Below, piece by piece: positions 1-8,981 of a stretch of DNA of 32,000 nt. Within the stretch, counting starts at the first letter, position 1; every line of letters begins with the position of its first letter. The notes under the pieces are model-generated. The model saw nothing but the letters and a program-made list of their open reading frames with translations, ran no database searches and was not told where the DNA came from. The stretch covers positions 5,839-37,838 of the forward strand of contig JADFYM010000004.1 of assembly GCA_015233035.1 (NCBI GenBank). The letters are read 5' to 3'. This stretch comes from Magnetococcales bacterium (GTDB taxonomy: Bacteria; Pseudomonadota; Magnetococcia; Magnetococcales; Magnetaquicoccaceae). The translations under genes and the position numbers were made by a program.

Positions 1-50
1 CTGGACCCGCAATAATTGAAAATGATTAAAAAAAGGAATGGCCACCCCCC

Positions 51-3000
51 TCACCCCCTGTTCACCACAAATGCCGGTGGCAACGGACCATCCCGCCCAC
101 TGTACCAGTCCGCCGACTTGGCAACCGTGACCAATGGCTGCAACGGCTCAGACCATAACGCCCACCCCTCCCCCGGCCTGAACAGATGAATTTGCGCACT
201 CTCCGGCTCCTTGGCCGCCAGAATGATCCAGGCATTGTCCACCAACTCGCGAATCATGGGCTGGCGGGCATGAATGCGGGTCAACACCTCCGGCATTTGT
301 TCCACAATCACCAACAAACGCATGGGTTCATGGATCTCGATCATCTGCTTGGGCAAACCCGTGCGCAAATCCGAAGCGGCCCCATCCATCACTCCCAACA
401 GACCCGTCACATTGTGCATCACCTTGGAACCACAGCCAAAACGATCATTGTTCACGGTGGAAAAATAATATTCCAGACTGATGCCCGCGCCCACCGGACC
501 CGCCGCCAGCAAAATGCTTTCGACAATCGTGCCCTCTGGATCCGAGGTCGGATCATAGGAGATCAAAAACAGACGGCGATCAAAAAAGAGACCTTGCGCC
601 ACCGCCCGCCGCCCGATCAAGGCCACGGCATTGGTCACGTGCCCCAATTCCGGGCGCGCCTGACTGAAATCATGGCTGCGCCCCATCACATGGGCCAAAG
701 CCTGCCCCGGCGTGGACCAGCGGGGTGCCGAGGCCAAACGTCGGCACCGCTCGTGGGCGGAACCGGCACTGGCCACCGCCAATTGGGCCTGCAAGCGGTC
801 CAACGCTGGCCGGAAGGTATCGGGCAGTTGGTCCAAGTCATACCAGGTCATCTCTTCGCTGGCCGTGTTGCGTTCCATACCCAAAAACCAGGTATCGGCG
901 GACAGATCGATCCCTCGTTGGTGCAACAAGTGGCGCACGACCGGACGATTGGCCATGGCAGCAAACACCCGGGCATTGGGACCGCCATGCCGACCACTGC
1001 ACGCGCCACAGTCATAGGCACTCAAATGGGGATTGTTTTGACTCATGGAACCATGGCCCACCAGAACGACCAGCGGGGCGAAATGGTCGGTCAGGCCGAT
1101 GGTGCGCAAAAATTTTTCCACCCACTGGGCCTGTTCACCGTCGGTCAGCCCCAGACGGGGCTGCGCACTGCGCGCCGGTGGCGCGTCCTCTGCCGCCGTC
1201 AGGGTCAATTGCGTCGGGATGGCGGGATCAAACCAGGCCTGCCACCGCGCCAGCACCCGTCCCGTGGCCAAGGGTGCGATCAGTTTGCCGATCAACCACA
1301 CCACCGCCCCCGGTGCCGCCAGCAGACTCCAGAACAACGGGCGCAACAGACCCAAACGGGTAAACTGATGCAGTTGCTCCTGCACCAGCAACCGGTATCG
1401 CCGTCGCTGACGATGACGAAGGTAACCGGCGGCCAGACTCGGCCCCCCCGGCTGGCCATCGGCGGCCTCTGCCGCGTCCTGTTCCTGCTGCCCATCCAAC
1501 GCGAAAGACTCCGCAATTTTTGCATCCACCCCGTCCGTCCGACCGGTGTAGCCCAGACAAGAACCCTGTTCTGCTTGAGCCGCACCGAGTGCCTCCTCCC
1601 GCACCTGATGCGCGGGTGTCACCACGACCGGGCAAAGGGCGGCAAAACCGGCATCGTCCAACCCCTGCCAGTAGATCGGCACCCCAAAAAAACCGGCGGC
1701 TCCCAGGGTTTCAATCTGCGCATCCGCCTCCTCCAGATGGCGTCGAACCCCCTCCTCCCGGTCATCCATGCAAAAAATCAATTGGCTGGCGGGCGATACG
1801 GTGCGCCTGGCCCACCGCCCGCGCCCCTGATTTTGCACCAGGGCATTCAACACGGTATTGCGATAGTGGCGTTCATAGGCCTGCAACCAGATCAGCCCCG
1901 CCCGATCCGCATCCAGACGGGTCAAACAATCCGCAAAGATGGCCACTTGCGCCGCCGTCAGAGTGCGCCACTCCTGCGCCGTCACCCCCAGATGCTGGGC
2001 CAGCAAAAACAGCGACCAGGCCTGCCCCCTGGCCGTCTCGATGCCCCGCTGACCGGCCGCATGACGGCCAATCCGCAACAGCCGCGCCAGGGCATACCAT
2101 TGCGCCTCGGTCGGCGGACTCTCGGCAGACTGGCCCAGCAACCGTGCGGCATAAGAAGCCATATATTCCGGCAAGTGGTCGTTGAACACCGACCAGCGCA
2201 CCAAAAATTCGGCACTGTGCGCGCGAAAATACCAGCGCAACGTCTCCAGCCGGGGTTCCACCAGCCACAGGCCACGACACAGGCGCATGGCATGGAGACG
2301 CTCCAGCAGCAGACTGACCGCCAGATAGTCCAGCATATTGACCCGCTCCGGGACCAACCCCTCATAACCGGGATGTTGCTGTCGCCACATCACCATCCCC
2401 GACCAGCCGGGCAGGCGCAAGGCCAACTGTTCCAGATAAGCCAGCCACCGCTCTTCGGGCAGACCCATGCGGGACAACAGCGTGATCACGCTCTCCACCG
2501 GATCATCGCTGATGCTCTCAATCTCCTCGCGCCAGTTGACCAGTTCTTCGGGCAGAAAAGACCAATCCTGCAAGGCCTGTCTGCGCCAGGCGGCCAAAAA
2601 ACCCATCTGACGGTCGGGATAGGACCAACCGGCCAGCCCCTGATCCAGATAACCCGCCAAATGACGCAACAGGAGCGGACGCACCGCAGCAAAAATATCC
2701 TCGCCCGTCAAGGCCGCCAGCATCCCGCTCAGGGTCCATTCCGGTCCCAGCCGCGCCAGCAGTCGATCCGTGAGCGCGCCCGCCTCATCCCGGACCAGGA
2801 CCGAAAACAGTCGGGCATCCAGATCGGAACCCTGAACGGATTCGGGCGAAAAATATTCCAAAAGATCATCCAGTTGCTCTTCCGGGTGCTGGGTGGGGTG
2901 GCGCGTTTTCAGGTGTGCCGTACAGGCCCGCCACAAATCGGCCACCGCTTCGGCTTCGGCCTCCGGCCCAGCCACTGTGGCGCGCCAATGCAATCGAATG

Positions 3001-3458
3001 GCCTCATCCAGATCCGGTTGCAGACGGGTCAACGACTGCTGCTCTTCCTGTTGCCAACGCAGTTGGCACGCCTGCAACGGATGCAGATCTTTCAACAGGG
3101 CCACCCGATAGAGATCCAGCCGACGGAGCGGACCCCGTTGCAACACCGCCACCTCCTGCCCAGCCTCCAGGTCCGGGACCAGCAGCAGTTCGGTTTCCAG
3201 GTCGGACCAGGCAATCCGGCCCTGCTGAAAAACGGCCCGAAACTGCGCCGCAGACCAATAGCCATGAATACCCGTCACCTGTCTGGCCTGCTGCAAGGCC
3301 TCTGGAAACGGCAGATGCTGAAAGCCATGCAGGGTATTGTGGTGAATAAAGTCACGCAGCGGGGCCTGGCCCGGCAGATGGTGTTCCAGATGATGCACCC
3401 ACGCCAACAGCCGTTGCTGCATCGGGATGGCGGTATCGGTCAGCGTATCGGTCATCAT
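51..3458 (-). CDS. dabA: Inorganic carbon accumulation protein DabA (DUF2309 / YbcC-like family)
   Basis: 1135-aa ORF. Beta-carbonic-anhydrase-like motifs 'QLIFCMDDREEGVRRHLEE' and 'LVVLVGHGSMSQNNPHLSAYDCGACSGRHGGPNARVFAAMAN'. Start overlaps the stop of the upstream gene by 4 bp (ATGA, 3455-3458). Confidence 0.93.
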   Translation of the reverse strand: MMTDTLTDTAIPMQQRLLAWVHHLEHHLPGQAPLRDFIHHNTLHGFQHLPFPEALQQARQVTGIHGYWSAAQFRAVFQQGRIAWSDLETELLLVPDLEAGQEVAVLQRGPLRRLDLYRVALLKDLHPLQACQLRWQQEEQQSLTRLQPDLDEAIRLHWRATVAGPEAEAEAVADLWRACTAHLKTRHPTQHPEEQLDDLLEYFSPESVQGSDLDARLFSVLVRDEAGALTDRLLARLGPEWTLSGMLAALTGEDIFAAVRPLLLRHLAGYLDQGLAGWSYPDRQMGFLAAWRRQALQDWSFLPEELVNWREEIESISDDPVESVITLLSRMGLPEERWLAYLEQLALRLPGWSGMVMWRQQHPGYEGLVPERVNMLDYLAVSLLLERLHAMRLCRGLWLVEPRLETLRWYFRAHSAEFLVRWSVFNDHLPEYMASYAARLLGQSAESPPTEAQWYALARLLRIGRHAAGQRGIETARGQAWSLFLLAQHLGVTAQEWRTLTAAQVAIFADCLTRLDADRAGLIWLQAYERHYRNTVLNALVQNQGRGRWARRTVSPASQLIFCMDDREEGVRRHLEEADAQIETLGAAGFFGVPIYWQGLDDAGFAALCPVVVTPAHQVREEALGAAQAEQGSCLGYTGRTDGVDAKIAESFALDGQQEQDAAEAADGQPGGPSLAAGYLRHRQRRRYRLLVQEQLHQFTRLGLLRPLFWSLLAAPGAVVWLIGKLIAPLATGRVLARWQAWFDPAIPTQLTLTAAEDAPPARSAQPRLGLTDGEQAQWVEKFLRTIGLTDHFAPLVVLVGHGSMSQNNPHLSAYDCGACSGRHGGPNARVFAAMANRPVVRHLLHQRGIDLSADTWFLGMERNTASEEMTWYDLDQLPDTFRPALDRLQAQLAVASAGSAHERCRRLASAPRWSTPGQALAHVMGRSHDFSQARPELGHVTNAVALIGRRAVAQGLFFDRRLFLISYDPTSDPEGTIVESILLAAGPVGAGISLEYYFSTVNNDRFGCGSKVMHNVTGLLGVMDGAASDLRTGLPKQMIEIHEPMRLLVIVEQMPEVLTRIHARQPMIRELVDNAWIILAAKEPESAQIHLFRPGEGWALWSEPLQPLVTVAKSADWYSGRDGPLPPAFVVNRG

Positions 3459-4924
3459 CGATACCCCGCAAAGAGAGTCACAAAATGGCGCACAGAACCG
3501 GCGATCAGGTGCAACAGGGGGGCGGGGACCACGCCCAGAAACAAAATCCAGATCATCAACAGGCCAACGGTGACACTCTCCAGAAAGGTCAGATCAGAGA
3601 CGGCAACGGTCTGGGCCGGGAGTGGACCGGTGCACAAATGGCCGATGGTGCGCACCGAATAGGCGGCACTGATGATCATGCCCAGACTGAGCCACAACAC
3701 CAGCCAACCCCACTGCTGAAATCCGCCCAGGAGGACATGCCATTCGGCAATAAACCCAATGGTGCCCGGCATCCCGATGGCCGCGACCAGGGCCAAGGAG
3801 AGGCAGACGACAAAACGGGGGGCCGTCTTGAGCAGGGAGCCATAGTCACCCACCGCACGGGTATGGGTACGCTGGTAGAGGAGGCCGACCAGCAAAAACA
3901 GAGCCGCCGCCGACAGACCGTGGGCCACCATCTGCGTTACCGCCCCCAGCACACCCGCCACCGTGAGCGAGGCAATGCCCAGCAACACCAACCCCATATG
4001 GCTGATGGAAGAGTAGGCCACCATGGCCTTGAGATCGGTTTGCCGCCACGCCAACACGGCACCATAGATCAAGGAGAACAGGGCAAACGCCATCAGCCAG
4101 CTTTGCAAGGCCAGCACGGCCAACGGCAACATGGCGGCGGCCCGAATCAACCCGTAGGCACCCATCTTGAGCAACACGCCCGACAGCAGAATGCTCACCG
4201 GACTGGGGGCCTCCACATGGGCCAGCGGCAACCAGCCATGGATGGGGAAAACGGGTATCTTGACCCCAAAGCCAAGCAAAAATCCAAAAAAAATCAATAT
4301 CTGCGTCTTGGACGATGCGGCGCGGAGACCGGTTGTCATCGTCTCCATGGCAAAGCTGTCCACATGGGCCGCATCAAAACCCAACAGCAGGCCGACCAGC
4401 AAAAAGACCGATCCGCCCATGGTATAGAGCACCAGATTGAGGGCCGCCTGTTGGCGGCGCACCCCTCCCCAACGGTTGACCAGAAAAAAGAGGGGAATCA
4501 AGGTGAGTTCCCAAAAAATATAAAACAGGGACCAATCCTGGGCCATGAACACACCCAACATGCCCATTTCCAGGAGGAGCATAAACAGATAAAACCCTCG
4601 GCGGTGGTCGCGAATGGAAGCCGAAGAGAGCAAGGCGACAAAGGACAACAAGGTGGCCAGCAAAATCATGGGCAACGAAAAGCCATCCACACCCAGCAGG
4701 TAGGAACTGCCGGTTGGTACCAGCCAGGGCTGTCTTTCCACAAACTGGACAGCGGCGGTGGTCGGATCAAACGCCGCCAACAACCCCCACGCCACCCACA
4801 GGGTGACACCGGAAGCGGACAAGGCAATGCTGCGCGCATACCGGCTATGCCGTTCTGGCAACAGACCAATCAAAATCACCCCCAACAGGGGCAGAAACAG
4901 CATCAGGGTCAATGGCTTGGTCAT
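3455..4924 (-). CDS. dabB: NuoM/Mrp-like proton-conducting membrane subunit, probable DabB partner of DabA
   Basis: Complex I antiporter-like motifs: 'FYIFWELTLIPLFFLVNRWGG', 'FGVKIPVFPIHGWLPLAHVEAPSPVSILLSGVLLKMGAYG', 'YSSISHMGLVLLG'. The track ORF extends to 5140, but its first 72 aa are not membrane-like; an ATG at 4924 ('MTKPLTLMLFLPLLGVILIG') fits the family N-terminus. 4-bp overlap with dabA. Confidence 0.85.
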   Translation of the reverse strand: MTKPLTLMLFLPLLGVILIGLLPERHSRYARSIALSASGVTLWVAWGLLAAFDPTTAAVQFVERQPWLVPTGSSYLLGVDGFSLPMILLATLLSFVALLSSASIRDHRRGFYLFMLLLEMGMLGVFMAQDWSLFYIFWELTLIPLFFLVNRWGGVRRQQAALNLVLYTMGGSVFLLVGLLLGFDAAHVDSFAMETMTTGLRAASSKTQILIFFGFLLGFGVKIPVFPIHGWLPLAHVEAPSPVSILLSGVLLKMGAYGLIRAAAMLPLAVLALQSWLMAFALFSLIYGAVLAWRQTDLKAMVAYSSISHMGLVLLGIASLTVAGVLGAVTQMVAHGLSAAALFLLVGLLYQRTHTRAVGDYGSLLKTAPRFVVCLSLALVAAIGMPGTIGFIAEWHVLLGGFQQWGWLVLWLSLGMIISAAYSVRTIGHLCTGPLPAQTVAVSDLTFLESVTVGLLMIWILFLGVVPAPLLHLIAGSVRHFVTLFAGYR

Positions 4925-5203
4925 GGGTCGAAACGGGTCAGGTCCTTCAGACGGTGGACAGCACCGGCACAGAAAACAGGTGGGTTGGCATGGACAGACA
5001 ATACGGGCATGCGGATGATACCTGACCAGGAAGGGGCGCAGATTCCACCTGGGGAGAGACAGACAAACCAGTCTGCACGTGGCGATCCGATTAGCAGGAA
5101 GCCAATCCAACAGGCCATCGTGCGGCAAGGTCTTGCGCATCGTTGCGGCTACCAGGGGGGAAAATCCCCCCGCCCCCCCTGCAAACTCGGCTTTGTGTCT
5201 CCC

Positions 5204-5473
5204 CTACTCCATCCCCAACGCCTGCATATACACCTGGATCAAGGTCTCCTCTTCATCAATATCACGGGGATCCATCTTGCGCAATCGAATCACTTTGCGA
5301 ATAATCTTGGGATCAAAACCGCCACTCTTGGCCTCGGCATAGACCTCCCGGACATGCTCCGCCAACACCGACTTTTCCTCTTCCAAACGTTCAATACGCT
5401 CAATCAGTTGCCGTAACTGCTCCCCTTCAATATCATCTACCGTTTCGTTTGCCACCCTGTCACCCCTTGTCAA
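5204..5473 (-). CDS. gapR: GapR-family DNA-binding protein (DUF2312)
   Basis: 89 aa, 'EGEQLRQLIERIERLEEEKSVLAEHVREVYAEAKSGGFDPKIIRKVIRLRKMD' matches the DUF2312/GapR consensus pattern. Confidence 0.88.
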   Translation of the reverse strand: MTRGDRVANETVDDIEGEQLRQLIERIERLEEEKSVLAEHVREVYAEAKSGGFDPKIIRKVIRLRKMDPRDIDEEETLIQVYMQALGME

Positions 5474-5480
5474 GAAACCA

Positions 5481-5523
5481 CCCCAAAAAAAAGGGGGGGG
5501 GTGCGCGGACGCATCCCCCCCCT
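5481..5523 (-). terminator. Probable rho-independent terminator of htpG
   Basis: On the minus strand a G-block/C-block hairpin (GGGGGG..GCG..CGC..CCCCCC) is followed by a run of about 8 T, immediately after the htpG stop. Confidence 0.7.
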
Positions 5524-5531
5524 GCCCACCG

Positions 5532-7487
5532 TTACAGCAAATTGTTCAAACGACGCACAAAATCCGCCGGATCCTCAATCTGGCCTCCTTCACACAACAA
5601 AGCCTGATTGAAGAGTATATGGCACAGATCATCAAACCGTTGCCCTTCGGTCTCGGCCTGCAAGCGCAGCAGCAGAGCATGATCCGGGTTGACCTCCAGA
5701 ATGCGCTTGGCACCCGGAATTTCCTGGCCAGCATCCTTGAGAATCCGTTCCATGGTGGCACTCATGTCATACTCACCGCCCACCAGACAAGAGGGCGAAT
5801 CGACCAGACGATGGGTCGTGCGGACCTCCTTGACAGTCTCGCCCAGTGCCGTTTTGATGCGCGTCACCAGATCCTTGAACCGATTTTCCGTCTCTTCCCG
5901 ATCTTTTTTCTGTTCTTCGTCATCCAGTTTGCCCAGATCCAGATCGCCCTTGGTCACCGACTGGAGCGATTTACCTTCAAATTCATGCAAATGGGAGACA
6001 AACCATTCGTCCACCCGGTCGGACAGCAACAACACCTCCAGCCCTTTCTTGCGGAAAATTTCCAGGTGCGGGCTTTTGCGCGCCGCCACGTGGGTCTCGC
6101 CGGTCACATAATAAATTTTCTCCTGCTCCGGCTTCATGCGGGCAATATAGTCGGCCAGCGACACCGTCTGCGCTTCCGCATCCGTATGGGTGGAGGCAAA
6201 GCGCAACAATTTGGCCAGACGCGCCTTGTTGGCATAATCCTCAATGATCCCCTCCTTGAGCACCTTGCCAAAGGTCTTCCACAGGGTCTGATATTTTTCC
6301 GGCTCTTTTTCCGCCAACTCTTCCAGCAGACCGTACACCTTGCCAACCGCCCCCTTGCGAATGGCCTCGACCACCTGGTTTTTCTGCAAAATCTCCCGGG
6401 AAACATTGAGGGGCAAGTCCGTGGTGTCGATCAGGCCACGCACAAAGCGCAGATAGCGCGGCATCAACTCTTCGGCACCCTCCATGATGAAGACCCGGCG
6501 GACATACAGCTTGACCCCATGCTTGCGCTCCCGGTCCCATAAATCGAAGGGGGCCCGCTGCGGCAGATACAGGAGCAAGGTGTACTCATACTTGCCTTCC
6601 AGGCGCACGTGCAGATGGGCCAGCGGCTCCTCAAAATCATGGGCAACATGTTTGTAAAACTCGGTATACTCCTCCTCGGTGATCTCGCTTTTGGGGCGCG
6701 TCCACAAGGCCGAGGCCCGGTTCACCTTCTCCCACTTTTCCACAGGTTCCGCAGCGGCGGCCTTGTCCGCCGACTCCTCCCCCTTGTCCTCGTCGGTCGC
6801 CGCCTCTTTTTCCTCCGCCTCATCCGGTGCAGCGGTCTCTTTGGTCAGCATCATGATGGGCCAGGAGACATGATCGGAAAATTTGCGAATAACGGAACGC
6901 AACCGCCAACCATCCAAAAATTCCTTCTCATCCTCGCGCAGGTGCAGGATCACGGACGTGCCATGTGCGGCCTGCTCAACGGTCTCCAGGGTATACTCGC
7001 CATCACCGGCAGACTCCCAGCGCACCCCCGCATCGACGGGATCTCCCGCCCGGCGCGTCAACAAGGTCACTTTGTCCGCCACCACAAAGGCCGAATAAAA
7101 TCCCACCCCAAACTGACCGATCAGATGGGCATCCTTGACCTGCTCACCGGACAGTGACTGCATGAACTCTTTGGTACCCGACTGGGCAATCGTCCCAATA
7201 TTGGCCATCACCTCTTCCCGGTTCATGCCAATGCCGTTGTCGGAGACGGTGACGGTTCGCGCCTCACTGTCAAACACCACCCGGATCTCCAGGTTGGGAT
7301 CTCCCTCATACAGGGCATCGTTGGCCAGTGCGGCAAAGCGCAGCTTGTCCGCCGCATCCGAGGCATTGGAAATCAGTTCCCGCAAAAAGATCTCTTTGTT
7401 GCTGTACAGAGAGTGGATCATGAGATCCAATAGTTGCCGAACTTCTGTCTGGAATGCCCGTGTTTCCTTCTGTGTCGTATCACTCAT
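5532..7487 (-). CDS. htpG: Chaperone protein HtpG (Hsp90)
   Basis: About 650 aa. '[33 protein letters not shown]', '[26 protein letters not shown]', '[17 protein letters not shown]'. ATG at 7487 with a GGAGG-like site upstream; a GTG at 7493 is the alternative start. Confidence 0.98.
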   Translation of the reverse strand: MSDTTQKETRAFQTEVRQLLDLMIHSLYSNKEIFLRELISNASDAADKLRFAALANDALYEGDPNLEIRVVFDSEARTVTVSDNGIGMNREEVMANIGTIAQSGTKEFMQSLSGEQVKDAHLIGQFGVGFYSAFVVADKVTLLTRRAGDPVDAGVRWESAGDGEYTLETVEQAAHGTSVILHLREDEKEFLDGWRLRSVIRKFSDHVSWPIMMLTKETAAPDEAEEKEAATDEDKGEESADKAAAAEPVEKWEKVNRASALWTRPKSEITEEEYTEFYKHVAHDFEEPLAHLHVRLEGKYEYTLLLYLPQRAPFDLWDRERKHGVKLYVRRVFIMEGAEELMPRYLRFVRGLIDTTDLPLNVSREILQKNQVVEAIRKGAVGKVYGLLEELAEKEPEKYQTLWKTFGKVLKEGIIEDYANKARLAKLLRFASTHTDAEAQTVSLADYIARMKPEQEKIYYVTGETHVAARKSPHLEIFRKKGLEVLLLSDRVDEWFVSHLHEFEGKSLQSVTKGDLDLGKLDDEEQKKDREETENRFKDLVTRIKTALGETVKEVRTTHRLVDSPSCLVGGEYDMSATMERILKDAGQEIPGAKRILEVNPDHALLLRLQAETEGQRFDDLCHILFNQALLCEGGQIEDPADFVRRLNNLL

Positions 7488-7511
7488 GACCACTACCCAC
7501 CTCCAAAGTCA

Positions 7512-7557
7512 AAACAAAAAAAAGGAACATCCCCCCCCCAGTCCTTATATGGGATGT
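7512..7557 (-). terminator. Probable rho-independent terminator of the epimerase gene
   Basis: Inverted arms acatccc (7527-7533) and gggatgt (7550-7556), followed on the minus strand by an A/T-rich run containing 8 T. Confidence 0.55.
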
Positions 7558-7591
7558 CACCCAGGCGGGCGCAAGGGGCAGCCCCGGAAAA

Positions 7592-8545
7592 TTATCGCTG
7601 GAGTGTGCGCGCAAAATAATCAATCGTCTTGCGCAACCCCTCCTCCAGGGCCACCCGTGGTTCCCAGCCCAGTTGAGCACGGGCCAGGGCAATATCGGGT
7701 TGACGCTGCTGCGGATCATCGGCGGGCAGAGGCTTCAGGACCACCGAAGCACGCGACCCCGTCAATTCAATAATTTTTTCCGCCAGATACAGTACGGGAT
7801 ACTCGCCGATGTTGCCCAGATTGACCGGACCGGTAAACGCATCGGGGGTATCCATCAAACGGACAATACCCTCGATCAGATCATCCACATAACAAAAAGA
7901 GCGCGTCTGTGTGCCACTGCCATACACCGTGATCGACTGGTTGCGCAGGGCCTGCACAATAAAATTGGACACCACCCGCCCATCGTTCGGGTGCATGCGC
8001 GGCCCATAGGTATTAAAAATGCGCGCCACCTTGATGCGCAAATTGTGCTGGCGACGATAATCAAAAAAAAGCGTCTCCGCACACCGTTTGCCTTCATCAT
8101 AGCAGGAGCGGGGACCAATGGGATTGACATGCCCCCAATAACTCTCCGGTTGCGGATGCACCTGCGGATCGCCATACACCTCGCTGGTGGAGGCCTGAAA
8201 AATTTTGGCCTTCACCCGCTTGGCCAACCCCAGCATATTGATCGCCCCATGGACACTGGTTTTGGTCGTCTGCACCGGGTCAAACTGATAGTGTACGGGG
8301 GAAGCCGGACAGGCCAGATTGAATATTTCGTCCACTTCCACATACAGAGGAAAGGTGACATCGTGCCGGATCAATTCAAAATGGGGGTTATCCATCAGGT
8401 GGATAATATTTTCTTTGGACCCGGAAAAAAAATTATCCACACACAGGACATCACAACCGTCCCGCAACAACCGTTCGCACAAATGGGATCCCAAAAATCC
8501 AGACCCACCGGTCACCAACACACGTCTTTCGCTGAACTGTCGCAT
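7592..8545 (-). CDS. NAD-dependent epimerase, UDP-glucuronic acid decarboxylase-like (UXS)
   Basis: '[21 protein letters not shown]' Rossmann motif, '[42 protein letters not shown]', '[24 protein letters not shown]'. The track ORF to 8788 includes a non-conserved extension partly made of repeat DNA; ATG at 8545 preferred. Confidence 0.93.
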   Translation of the reverse strand: MRQFSERRVLVTGGSGFLGSHLCERLLRDGCDVLCVDNFFSGSKENIIHLMDNPHFELIRHDVTFPLYVEVDEIFNLACPASPVHYQFDPVQTTKTSVHGAINMLGLAKRVKAKIFQASTSEVYGDPQVHPQPESYWGHVNPIGPRSCYDEGKRCAETLFFDYRRQHNLRIKVARIFNTYGPRMHPNDGRVVSNFIVQALRNQSITVYGSGTQTRSFCYVDDLIEGIVRLMDTPDAFTGPVNLGNIGEYPVLYLAEKIIELTGSRASVVLKPLPADDPQQRQPDIALARAQLGWEPRVALEEGLRKTIDYFARTLQR

Positions 8546-8687
8546 GAGCACCTCAACCCTTGAAATGATACACCAAAGGGTGAGCGAAACCGCGCACCCG
8601 GAGACCTGGATCATCCTGTCGGCCATTGCTGGGGGGCAAGAACCGCCCCCCCCCAGATTCCCCCACTTTTTTTTAAATAATATTATC

Positions 8688-8770
8688 AAGGGGGTCCGGG
8701 GGGGATTATCCCCCCCGGTGGGGTCTTGGGGCAAAGCCCCTGGTGGGGTCTTGGGGCAAAGCCCCTGGCA
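8688..8770. repeat. G/C-block palindromic repeat cluster, copy A
   Basis: 'ggggggattatcccccc' palindrome followed by two identical 25-bp tandem units ggtggggtcttggggcaaagcccct at 8717-8741 and 8742-8766. Confidence 0.9.
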
Positions 8771-8981
8771 AGGCCCATAAACACCCACCTGAGGTGGAGA
8801 CTAAGCCATTTTCTCTCATTGCTCAATGGCGGCAGATCTATAAAATGGGTATGCGGGTCAGTTGGCAGCGGTTGACGAGATCATCTGGCTCCGCTAAAAA
8901 AATCATACACGGCATGGCCGCCATCAACACCCGGATTCCGCCATGTCGGCGGTCCATTCTGGCATAATTTAGGGGTAACAC

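Noticed and set aside
186-3662. 1158-aa plus-strand ORF
   Set aside because: Runs entirely antisense to dabA (and the 3' end of dabB), is His/Arg/Gln/Pro-rich with no recognisable domain, and is explained by codon bias of the opposite strand. The minus-strand reading has clear family motifs.
4925-5140. 72-aa N-terminal extension of the NuoM-like ORF
   Set aside because: It lacks membrane-protein character ('MRKTLPHDGLLDWLPANRIATCRLVCLSLPRW...') and the family N-terminus begins at MTKPLTLMLFLP (4924).
8546-8788. N-terminal extension of the epimerase ORF and other small ORFs reading '[18 protein letters not shown]' or 'GALPLDPTRGIIPLDP'
   Set aside because: The peptide repetition simply reflects translation of the G/C-block palindromic repeats, not a conserved protein domain.
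8767-8981. Possible TPP riboswitch upstream of thiSG
   Set aside because: I looked for the THI-box core (CUGAGA...ACCUGAUCUGGAUAAUGCC...) and found no match in the leader. Only a weak promoter-like ttgacg (8872) was seen, too poor to list as a feature.
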